Positions 26,301 through 37,899 of a stretch of 64,000 nt of DNA are shown here, in pieces (the stretch's first letter is position 1; each line of letters starts with the position of its first letter). Source of the stretch: Anthoceros angustus (lineage: Eukaryota; Plantae; Anthocerotophyta); assembly GCA_010909165.1 (NCBI GenBank), contig VJWM01000126.1, positions 124,001 to 188,000 of the forward strand. The letters run 5' to 3'. The notes under the pieces are model-generated. The model had not been told where the DNA came from, ran no database searches, and saw only the letters and a program-made list of their open reading frames with translations. The translations under genes were made by a program, and so were the position numbers.

Positions 26301-29300
26301 CCTATATGTGCCTAGGGACAAGCTTGTATAGCACAAAGGTCTCAGATATAGCTTTTCCATGCAAAGCAACAACCTTAGAGCACTACTAACTGTGAGACTC
26401 ATGAACCGCCTTCTTATGTGAGTCACCGGGGCACTATCCTGCGGCAAAGACTCCCCAACAATTCTTCCAAACGGTGCTCCATGATGTGGAATTCTGCAGT
26501 GCCCATGATAATGCTCCACTGCCTCGGTCACGCTCCTGTGCATCCGTTGGACTCCACTAGTGAATGGCCAACCCTTGGCCTGCAACCATCGTGTCGGACT
26601 TGAAGAGAACAAGCCCCACAAGGGAGGAAAACAAAGTCATAGCATCCGAATCCCTACATAGCACCACAAAAACCAATTGCGCTTAGATGCATGGGAATAG
26701 ATCTCAAGACACAAAACAAGGCATGCACAAGTGGCACTGTGCACACGCAGACTTCGTGATCCGGAGGGCTACATTCGCTAGTGTAAGAAGGGCTGGAATC
26801 CATTGAGGAGTCCTTTCTTTCTTGAGCGTCAAGCTATGTATGCGCCAAAGGCATCATGTAAATCCTCCGCCAGATGCCTGCTGAGGGCGCCACGCTTTTG
26901 TTGTTGGCTCGATTGTCCGCCGCCTGACCGCACGCAATTGCGCCGGACACGAGCAACATGTGCATCTTCTACCTGCAAGGACTGTACATAATTAGGTCAG
27001 GCTCGTGTGAGTATGAAATTGATGACTGCTCCACATAACCGCACCTCCTTGTTATAGCAGATTGCGCCAAGGGCGCGCCTGTGAGCTCCCTAGAGCAATT
27101 TTTGCCGCAAGGTTGCTTGTCTCCTCGCTTGCAATCACCGACAGGTCTGCTTCGACAAGGAGATGAGGTCTTCCACCGCCATGCTTTTGATCTTTGTGTG
27201 CAACTCTAGCGATCCCACCTACACAAAACAAGTGTGCACACGACAACTTGAGGAAATGCTAACATGTCCACCATGCCACCCAAGAAGACAACATGAGAAA
27301 GTGCTCACAGGTCCAAAAATGTGACAGAATGCCAGCATGAATAGCTGCCCATGTGTCCACAATGTGACATAATAACAATGGCATCATCAATTGTTAAGAT
27401 GTCCACCGCATGACAACATGACGGCAGGAGAAATGCCCACAGGTGCACAACGTGACATGATGACAGCATGAAAAAATGCCCACAGGTGCACAACGTGACA
27501 TGATGACAGCATGAACAAATGCCCACAAGTGCACAAAGTGACATGATGACAGCATGAACAATTGCCCACAGGTGCACAACGTGACATGATGATGATGAAT
27601 AGATGCCCACATGTGCACAACGTGACATGATGATGAACAAATGCCCACAGTGCACAACGTGACATGATGACGATGAACAAATGCTTACAGTGCATAACGT
27701 GACATGATGACAAGATGAACAAATGTCATTACTTCCACCGCTGCATTGCGATCTTCAACACACCGAGTTGTAGGCCTTGTTGAGCCGACGGCCACACATG
27801 GGTGCCCACCTTGTGGCACACCACCAATCGACCCATGTCGTTGAGTGGAATCAAAACTGGGGCCAAACAAAGAAGTCGCCACGTGAGAGGCATCTCGATC
27901 AACCAAAGGAGCCAACCCCAAACATGACATCGCTGGATCGCCACATGAGTGGGCCAAATACACACACCGCACTGTAGTACGTGCCTCACGGGACTCAATC
28001 CGGGTTTGAGACTGGGACCACCAGATCCGCGATTCCATGACATAGTTGTGCATTGGCCAACAGGGCGAATCAATCGGCCGCTGGGATAGGTGGCCGCCCA
28101 CGTGGTGGTGTGATCAACGCAACCGCGAGGATAAGCAGCCTACTATATGTGCCTAGGGACAAGCGTATTGCTAAAGGTCTCAGATATAGCTTTTCCATGC
28201 AAAGCAACAACCTTAGAGCACTACTAACTGTGAGACTCATGAACCGCCTTCTTATGTGAGTCACCAGGGGCACTATCCTGCAAAGACCATCCCCAACAAT
28301 TCTTCCAAACGGTGCTCCATGATGTGGAATTCTGCAGTGCCCATGATAATGCTCGTCCACTCGCTCTCGGTCACGCTCCTGTGCATCCGTTGGACTCCAC
28401 TAGTGAATGGCCAACCCTTGGCCTGCAACCACTGCCGGACTTGAAGAGAGGAAGCCCCACAAGGGAGGAAAACAAAGTCATAGCATCCGAATCCCCTACA
28501 CAGCACCACAAAACCAATTGCAGTTAGATGCATGGGAATAGATCTCAAGACACAAACAAGGCATGCATACGGCACTGGTGCACACGCAGACTTCGTGATC
28601 CGGAGGGCTACATTCGCTAGTGTAAGAAGGGCTGGAATCCATTGAGGAGTCCTTTCTTTCTTGAGCTGCTATGTATGCGCCAAAGGCATCATGTAAATCC
28701 TCCGCCAGACACAGCCTGCTGGAGGGCGCCACGCTTTTGTTGTTGGCTCTCGATTGTCCGCCGCCTCCCGCACGCAATTGCCCGGACACGAGCAACATGT
28801 GCATCTTCTACCGCAGGACGACATAATTAGGTCAGCTCGTGTGAGTATGAAGTTGATGACCGCCCACATAACCGCACCTCCTTGTTATAGCAGATTGCGC
28901 CAAGGGCGCGCCTGTGAGCTCCCTAGAGCAATTTTTGCCGCAAGGTTGCTTGTCTCCTCGCTTGCAATCACCGACACCTCTCTTGCTCGACAAGGAGATG
29001 AGGTCTTCCACCGCCAGCTTTGATCTTTGTGTGCAACTCTAGCGATCCCACCTACACAAACAAGTGTGCACACGACAACTTGAGGAAATGCTAACATGTC
29101 CACCATGCCACCCAAGAAGACAAGATGAGAAAGTGCCCACAGTCCAAAATGTGACAATGCCAAGATGAATAGCTGCACATGTGTCCACAATGTCACATAA
29201 TAACAATGGCATCATCAATTGTAAAGATGTCCATGACAACATGACGGCAGGAGAAATGCCCATGTGCACAACGTGACATGATGATGATGAACAAATGCCC

Positions 29301-30456
29301 ACAGTGCACAACGTGACATGATGACAAGATGAACAAATGCCCACAAGTGCACAAAGTGACATGATGACAAGATGAACAATTGCCCAGGTGCACAACGTGA
29401 CATGACAAGATGAACAAATGCCCACAGTGCACAACGTGACATGATGACAAGATGAACAGATGCTCTGTGTGCAATAACGTGACACGATGACAAGATGAAC
29501 AAATGCTTATGCATAACGTGACATGATGACAAGATGAACAAATGTCGCTACTTCCACCGCGAATACACGACGATCAAGAAACCGCCACACTCCAAGACGT
29601 CACCAGATCACCACCCGCCATGCATGACGGATCGCATAAAGGACGACATGACAAGCATACACTACATGCATATGACATGACATGACAAGACACCACTAGG
29701 TGTTGATGTGCCCAAAGGGCCCCCGCCAAACCGCACTGATAGATGTCAATGCCCATGAGGCCCCTCTCCCTCCCCTCCCCTCCCGTGAAGAATCCTCACA
29801 ATTGAGCTACCGCAAGAGTCTATCTGAATCCACAGAAAACACCAAGCTCACACAAACAACATACAGTTAGCAAGCAGCTGTAAGTGAATTTTACAAGACT
29901 GAGGCTAAGTCAAGACCAGCAAAGAACTTGTCAAGCTTGTTGCTCCCTCTATGCAATCAATAAGAGCAAGCTCACATAAATCAAGCTCAAACCTGTTAAA
30001 CGTGATGGATGCGAAAACCAGGGAACAAACCCTTCCAAATGAGCAGTTGGGCTCAAGGCAGGTCCTGCATGTCCTAAGCAAAGCACATAACCTAAGGGTA
30101 GCACTCACAATGAATCTTAAACCGCAGGGAATCTAAAACTATAAGAAAAACCCACCTGACATTGCACCTTTCTCCGGTTCTACATCCTCCGCTCCGGGAA
30201 CTGCATGGTTTCTGTCCTCCTCAGCCGCAGCTATGACATCAACCTCCTCTTCGGGAGTACATTCTTGCTCACGCTCCCGTGCATGCAAGTCCTCCTTTGG
30301 GTCTTGCTCTCCACCGGCGTCACCCTGTCTAACCTCATCACTAGTGTCCTCAGAGTCCGAGGACACTGGCCCAAACACAGCCTTCTTGCCCTTCCCCTTG
30401 CTCTGTGACCTCGTCATAGGGCCATGTGATCCAGGGGTCTCCTTCTCCTTGTGCAC
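23400..30456 (-). mobile_element. Degenerate multi-exon accessory gene, probably of the same DNA transposon, convergent with the transposase and containing internal tandem duplications
   Basis: 5' acidic exon (30139-30456, MTRSQSKGKGKK..EEEVDV). 3' domain DNFMVRS..WYVLRC..WGGEIF..GEKVVKGYYY..KFPM (~23790-24070, repeated ~25030-25280) resembles the transposase C-terminus. Confidence 0.45.
27420..27727. repeat. Minisatellite, ~36-39-bp unit (gtgcacaacgtgacatgatgacagcatgaacaaatgcccaca); second array at 29260-29547
   Basis: Directly visible, about 8 copies per array. Confidence 0.9.
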
Positions 30457-30479
30457 TTTCTTCTCCTTCTACACGTGGC

Positions 30480-31170
30480 CACTCCAAGGCCAGCACCCTC
30501 ACACGCCCAGCACCTCACATACCTGCACATGTGCACACAAGACCGCAAAGCAGGCTCAAGTTCTTCACTACCATCAAGACACAAGGAGAAGTCGCACATC
30601 GCACCACTCCAACAAAATCACAATGCCACCACCTCCAAGCCTAGCACTGACATGTGCACACAAGAGCATTATTCAGCTCAAGTCCTTCACCGTAACATTG
30701 CACACAAGGAATGATCAAAGGAGCCGCACCTCGCACCCACTAGAGCACCCTCACACGCCCAAAGACCACATAGCCCTAGAGCATGCACATGTCCACAATG
30801 ACCTTTACAGGCTCAAGTTCTTGAGGACACCATCGACAAGGAGAAGCCGCATCGGCACCCACCCAAGGCCAAGACCTCACGCCGCATCTCACAGCCCCAG
30901 ATCCTGCACATGTGCACACAAGAGCATTACTCAGGCTCAAGTCCTTCATTGTGACATTGCACACAAGGAATGATCAAAGGAGCTGCACCTCGGCACCCAC
31001 AAGAGCACCCTCACACGCCCAGCACCACATAGCCCTAGAGCCTGCACATGTCCACACCGGCCGGCTCAAGTTCTTCGATGACACCACAGGAGAAGCCGCA
31101 TCGGCACCCACTCCAAGGCCGACCCTCATGCGCACATCATCATTTCACGCATCCCACATGTGCACACAAG
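30480..31170. repeat. Degenerate ~125/250-bp tandem repeat (cacatgtgcacacaagagc..ggctcaagt)
   Basis: The block at ~30650-30880 recurs at ~30907-31120. Confidence 0.75.
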
Positions 31171-31759
31171 AGCGTTAAGCAAGCCTCACAAGCCGAAAAC
31201 ACGATTGCCACACACAAGGCACATTACCTTCAAAATCGCACACACAAAACCGCCGATTCAGTACGCACGAGCTTGCATGTGGGGAGCCCGCTCACAGAAG
31301 GGAAGGAGGGCTCCTATATGAAGCCCCACATAGCTAACAATGCAGCACAAAGGGTTGATTACAACAACCAGAGCTCGAGCACGCGATCTTCTGAGCCCGC
31401 TGAGTGCGATCCCGGATGTGGGCGAGCGTGAGATTGCATCCAGGCCCTGGGGCGGCGGATCAACTCAACACCGAGCCCGGATGGCAATAGCGAGTGCGCC
31501 ACGCCAGGGCGAATTGGGGTAAGCGGTTGACTTACCACCGGATGAAAATGTAGATCCAAGTAAAAGTAAAAGTAAGTTAAAGTAAATAATAGCAAACGTA
31601 AAAGTATATAAAAGTGAAACTAAAATATATTGAAATATTATTTTAATGAAAAATTAAAGTCAGCCTCTCACATCTCTCTATTCTTTTCAAAGTAACCAAG
31701 TGTACCAAGCCATATGGTACTAAAGTGTATCACCAAACCATGCTACCACCCTCAACCTA

Positions 31760-34135
31760 GAGAGGCTGATGACCTTGGATACTCCCCTCGGCTCGGGAGG
31801 AATTAACTCCCGACATGAACGAATCTGGGTCAAGTTTCCTTCAAAGACTCCTATTCCGGAGAATGTTGCCTTCTTTTTTCACGAGGCAGTGTAACTCTTT
31901 TGCTGTCAAGACTGGAGCGGCAAGATCGGAGTGGCACTAGAGTAGCTCAAGTGCTTGCTTACGAACTTTGACTCTTAGTTCCTCTCCAGTCTTAATGCAC
32001 GAGCTAGGCAATAGCTTCAGGCCCGGCCGCATTGCTCCCAGAGCATCGATCGCCCACAAACGCAGAACTCATCACCTCCATGGGAATCGACGGAATGGGC
32101 CCAGGGGACCTCGATCAACATCCTCTCTGACGCGTAGGGCGATCCTGGATCCATCTTATTGTTGCCTCCTGGCCGTGCTGCTCCAAACCGCGCTTTGCCT
32201 CGCAGCGATGGACCCTGGTGACCAAGCGGCTTTGTAGGCAGTGCGGGCCAGTGTCGCACGAGGTAAGCACTTGAATTCATATAAGCACTTCCTCGACCAA
32301 CAACCAAGCAAACAAATCTAATACGCAGATATATAGGTGCAACTAATCGGCCTGAGGTGCCGAGGGACGGACCATTCCCCTCATGAGTGCGAGCATGCAT
32401 TCGGAGGAGTCAAGGGTAAGGAGCCGTGCCCAGCCGTGGAGGTACGCACAATGAAGCGTGTTGGGAGAAGCATCCGAATTGCGGCTCACGGGTTATCGAA
32501 AGCAAAGAACCCGGCCAATGCATCTCACAACCTCATCCACAAAATCAGCGAAGAGCAAAGGCACCGTGGAGGAGGTACCGGCAAAGTCCCGTGGACTCAT
32601 TCCAACACGCATTCCAGCACTCATTCCAGCACTCGCATCTCAACGGGAGAAGGCGAGTTTGGAGGGCAAGGAGAGTGAGCACGTAGAGGAAGCGTGCAAG
32701 CCATCTGAGCCACAGCCACATGAGTGGTTAACAAGCGTCGAATTGAAGAGCAATCAACAGCGTCAGCTAAAGGAGTTGTTGGAGGCATCACGACATGTGT
32801 TTGCTTTCACGCTTGCAGAGATGGGGAAGTACACCAAAGGGAAGTTCCACATAGAACTAATCAAGGATGAACCAGTGTTCCGCAGGAGGCACATGCTCAA
32901 TAACGCAAGAAGAAAATGGCGAGCAACCGGCTAGGGGGGAGAGTAGTCCACATGACAGGCGCATGAGGATGCTGAAGACAACCCTCCACTCATGGACAAG
33001 GTTCATAACCTCTGGACGACATTCCCGAAGGAGATTGGTTTTGTGCACAATGCGCTATATGAGGTGCGACGTAGTTCTACTAATGATAATGTTTTGACTT
33101 AGAGTCTCACATTATCGTGGGGATTAGTTGCACCTATATATTTATATTAGATTTGTTTGCTTGGTTGTTGGTCGAGGAAGTGCTTATATGAATTCAAGCA
33201 CTCGGCATGCCATGCCGTGATACTAATCTCTGCACTTGGGTTTAGTGTTTGATTAGCATTAATTAATTTAAGTACTTATGTTTAAGTAAGTAATTAGTGT
33301 CAATTAATCTAAGATGCTTATGTTAGTTAAGCATTGATTAGTATTAATTAATCTAAGGTGCTTATGTTAATTAAGCATGGTTAATTAAGTATGGTGATTA
33401 GTGTTAATTAAACATGGTTAGTAATAGCTAAGTGAATAAGCTCAAGTAATATGCTTTGGCATATTCCTTGCATATTATAGTGTATTCTTAGGATATTTCC
33501 GGCATACGCTGATGCCAATAGGATATCTTAGGAATATGCCGATGCTAAGGGCTAGTATATATAGACCCTTCCATTGAGGATAAGCTCACATCATAGCTTG
33601 TCCTCTAGATATGCAATGCAAGGGTGTTGTGAGGAGGCCAAAGTTATGACTCCGAGAGCGATGTGTGAGAAATTTGGGTGTTGTTCTCGTGGGGAGAGTG
33701 TGTTTGTACCACGATTGCGAGCTACTCCCTCCTGTTGTTACAAGCTATGATCTCGTGTGTGTACGCTAGATAGGCGTGCTAGGATTGATAGGCCGTGTTA
33801 GGCTTAGTGTGCTAGGCGATGCTAGGCGATGCTAGGCCAATGCTTAATTAACACAAGCACCTTAGATTAGTTAACACTAATCAATGCTTAACTAACATAA
33901 GCATGTTAGATTAATTAACACTAATTACTTACTTAAAGATAAGTAATTAAATTAATTAATGCTAATCAAACACTAAACCCAAGTGCAAAGATTAATATCA
34001 CACAGCATGACACCAGCCTCATCAACCCTAACAATAAGCTCATTAACTAGGAGGGCGACGACCCTTGCACCTATACCGCGCCATGGGAAGGAGTGTTGTG
34101 AATGACGGACGCGGGGGGAGGGGGATCCGACGAGT
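31760..34135 (+). pseudogene. 5' remnant of a paralogous LRR-VIII-1 receptor kinase (leader, signal peptide, LRRNT), split by an LTR insertion
   Basis: CCLLAVLLQTALCLAAMDPGDQAAL*AVRAS [insert] LINPNNKLIN*EGDDPCTYTAPWEGVL aligns with CCLLALLLQAALCLAATDPGDLAALQAVKASLTDPNNRLANWVGDDPCNAPWEGVF of the gene at 55.2 kb. Upstream 31830-31920 matches 54870-54985. Confidence 0.9.
32252..34012 (-). mobile_element. Rearranged Ty3/gypsy LTR insertion (TG...CA) with 4-bp TSD CCAG
   Basis: ccag|tgtcgc at 32248-32257 and catgaca|ccag at 34006-34016. The ends are reverse complements of the solo LTR at 47942-48510. Internal pol-like fragment HVFAFTLAEMGKYTKGKFHIELIKDEPVFRRRH (ORF 32458-32934). Confidence 0.85.
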
Positions 34136-34139
34136 GAGC

Positions 34140-37100
34140 CACGAAGCGCTGACAAGTGAGTTCTTGGAGCTCTCCAAGAACTTAGCGGCTCCAAGGCTTC
34201 CCTTATGGCCTCCCGAGATGCCGCAAAGGCTCGGCTGGAAGGGCTGGGAGACGAGACGGCCCAGCGAGCAGGAGAGCACGCCCGACTGCTGGAGCACCAG
34301 TGGAGGCGGGAGTACTGGGTCCTATGGTCTCATGTGGAAGAAGCCATCCAGCAGGTGGACTCAGACTTCTCCTACTACCACACGGAGCTCCTGAATGCCG
34401 CAAACGTGGTGCACCAGCCGGCTGAGGCGATAGGGCCCCCAGAGGAGTCGGAGGAGGCCGTGGGAGAAGAAGGGCTGGGGGAGAATGCGGTTACAGGGAA
34501 CCTAGGCGCTCTGTTTGGGGACAAGAGCAGTGGCGAGGCTGAGCCGTCGGAGGAGGAGCGGCACCTGGATGGTCGAGCCGGACCAGGAACGTCAGCCCCT
34601 GTGGAACACAAGGTGTTCTCTCCAGACCCTGTACCGGATTGGATGGCCTAGAGGGGAGTGGTCCGGTGAGGAGGGAGGAGCCGGAGGTAAGGGGAAGACC
34701 CATGGTGCGGGTGGTGAGGTCCGCTCCTGGGGAAGGGCGGACCTAGAGGTCCTCCCGGGGTTAAGGACGGACCTAGTGGCGTCTGATGAACCGCCCTAGC
34801 GGACTCCTCCGGTCCCTCCTCCCACCAGACTAGTGGACGGGGGACCCACTGGGGCGCAGGGGGTGCAATGCCCAAACTCGAGGTCATAGCGGAATCGTGA
34901 GGAAGACCTGATGATAGCAATGTCGTCACACTCTCAGGAGTGAGGCCCAACCAAGGACGAGGTAAGACCCGGGCCCTTGCTGGAATGCAGGGGTCAAGGA
35001 TAATCGTCAGGCGCCCCCCGCTGTGGCTAGGGATTGGCACGCGGGAAGTCACCAAGTCAGAGAGGCCCACCAAGACATAAGTAGCCACGCGTAAGGATCT
35101 GGCATCCCTCTCGCATGTGTGGGTAGCTGGCAGTAGGGCCAGCTCTCGGGTTGTAATAAAGGCACTGCCTTAGAGGCAGTATAAGAGGGGGTTCGCTGCC
35201 CCTACAATGTGATTTTCCTTTTGGGGTTGATGCCGTGTTGTGCATACTGACTTCTGTGAGCCAAGTGCTAATATGTTGCCCGAGTCACCGAAAGGGCGGA
35301 CTACTCCGGAGTTGATAATCCATCTCGTGACGAACCCCCCCAACACGTGGAGGTGATTGCAGGTGCTGAGGAACTACGACCGTTGCTCCTCAAGGGCGGG
35401 ACGCATGTGACAAGTGGACCGGAGCGGACAAGGGAAGTCAGCCAACCAGCAGAGGGTGCGGAGAGCCCGGACTGGCTGGACCGCGCGGACGTGGATACGG
35501 AGGTGCTACGGCCCGACATTTCATTGGAGTGCGAGCCCACACTACGATGGACTGCGAAGTGCAAGAGCAAGCGAAGAGAGAAGAGCGGAAGGGAAGTGCT
35601 CCAAAAGAGCGGACACGAGGATGTGAACGATTCCTTAAACGTTCGGCGATACCGAGCCTATACGGTAGAATTTGATCATGATATGGAACATGAGGGGGAG
35701 AGGTGAGCGGAGAGCGCGAAGTAGAGAGATCGGGCGGTGGTACGGTTGGGCCCGGGGCTGTAATCTCTGGCCGTTGACATTGCGAAGGGTGGTTCGTACC
35801 CCTGTTCAATTCGTTGGAAGGGTCGGAAGGTACCTTGAGCACCGCTTTCTTGCACAATGCCCGTCGCCAGGTGATTGCCGTAGAGCCGGATCACGAATCG
35901 CGTTGTACCATGGGTCCCACGCTTGAACGCTTATCGGGCGGATCGTAAGTGGATCCGGGTCCCATGCATGCCCACTCGCTGCTGGGGAGAGTCCGGGCAG
36001 CCGACTAACGATAGCAACCACTAGTTAGGATCGTAAGGATCGGGTCCTATGGTCTCATGTGGAAGAAGCCATCCAAGCTGGGACTCGAGACTACTACCTA
36101 CACAGCTCCCCGAATGCCGCAAACGTGGTGCACCTGGCCGAGGCGATAGGGCCCCAGAGGAGCTCTGAGGAGGCCGTGGGAGAAGGGCTGGGGAGAATGC
36201 GGTTACGAACCTAGGCGCCTGCTTGGGGACAAGAGAAGCATGGCGAGCTGGCCGTCGGGCACGGATGGTCGAGCGGACCAGGTCGTGACCCACGCGGAAC
36301 ACAAGGTGTTCTCTCCAGACCCTGTACCGGATTGGATGGCCTAGAGGGGAGTGGTCCGGTGAGGAGGGAGGAGCCGGAGGTAAGGGGAAGACCCATGGTG
36401 CGGGGTGGTGAGGTCCGTTCCCAGGGGGAAGGGCCGGACCTAGAGGTCTGGCCTCCGGAGTTAAGGACGGACCTAGTGGCGTCTGATGAACCGCCCTAGC
36501 GGACTCCTCCGGTCCCTCCTCCCACCAGACTAGTGGACGGGGGACCCACTGGGGCGCAGGGGGTGCAATGCCCAAACTCGAGGTCATAGCGGAATCGTGA
36601 GGAAGACCATTGATGATAGCTTGTCGGCGCACCTCGAGTGAGGCCCAACCAAGGACGAGGTAAGACCCGCCTTCGGAATGCAGGGGTCAAGGATAATCAG
36701 TTGTCGCCCGCGCTGTGGCTGAGATTGGGCGCCAAAGGCGGGAAGTCACCAAGTCACAGTGAGGCCCACCAAGACATAAGTAGCCACGCGTAAGGATCCG
36801 CATCCTCTCTGTGTGTAGGCGTGGGGCCAGCCTCGGGTTGTAATAAAGGCACCGCCTTAGAGGCGGATAAGAGGGGTTCGCCCTACAATGTGATTTTCCT
36901 TTGGGGTTGATGCCGTGTTGTGCATAGCAGGAGCCAAGTGCTAATATGTTGCCCGAGTCACCGAAAGGGCGGACTACTCCGGAGTTGATAATCCATCCGT
37001 GACGAACCCCCCCAACACGTGGAGGTGATTGCAGCCGAGGAACTACGACTGCTGCTCCTCAAGGGCGGGACGCATGTGACAAGTGGACCGGAGCGGACAA

Positions 37101-37895
37101 GGGAAGTGACCAACCCGGGGTGCGGAGAGCCGGTGGGCCGTGATGATACGGAGGTGCTCTGACCATTCAGTGCGAGCCCACACTACGATGGACCAAGTGC
37201 AAGAGCAAGCGAAGAGAGAAGAGCGGAAGGGAAGTGCTCCAAAAGAGCGGACACGAGGATGTGAACGATTCCTTAAACGTTAAAGCGTCGAGCCTACGGT
37301 AGAATTTGATCATGATATGGAACATGAGGGGGAGAGGTGAGCGGAGAGCGCGAAGTAGAGAGATCGGGCGGTGGTACGGTTGGGCCCGGGGCTGTAATCT
37401 CTGGCCGTTGACATTGCGAAGGGTGGTTCGTACCCCTGTTCAATTCGTTGGAAGGGTCGGAAGGTACCTTGAGCACCGTTTCTTGCACAATGCCTGTGTC
37501 GCTAGGTGATTGCCGTAGTAGAGCCGGATCACGAATCGCGTTGTACCATGGGTCCGGACGCTTGAACGCTTATCGGGCGGATCGTAAGTGGATCTGGGGT
37601 CCGATGCATGCCCACTCTCGTCAGTGGGGGAGAGTCCGGCGGTGGGTGCCGACTAACGATAGCAGCCTAGACTAGTTAGGATCGTAAGGGGATCGGGGTC
37701 CGCTACCCACTAACGTAATTGGGGAAGCCCAGTAGTGGGGTTCGGCTAACGATAGCGGCCTAGATTAGTTAGGAGCGCGGAGTAGGTAAGCAATAAGCGA
37801 ACAGAGCGAACCATTCCCTTGGGATCGAACCTTATACTACACGATATGGGATTAGTGTGCACCCGGCTGGACCATCGGCGAAAGTGTGTCCACAC
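34140..37895 (+). mobile_element. Unclassified TE segment (long-LTR-like) with a 148-aa ORF (34205-34651) and a ~1.7-kb tandem duplication
   Basis: 34318-36038 is repeated at 36042-37688. The 3' part (cccttgggatcgaaccttatactacacg..gtgtgcac) resembles gypsy LTR ends. It interrupts the RLK pseudogene. Confidence 0.45.
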
Positions 37896-37899
37896 TAGG

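Noticed and set aside
27305-29541. Cys/His-rich ORFs suggesting metal-binding proteins
   Set aside because: Products of the ~37-bp minisatellite, open in several frames with irregular unit length.
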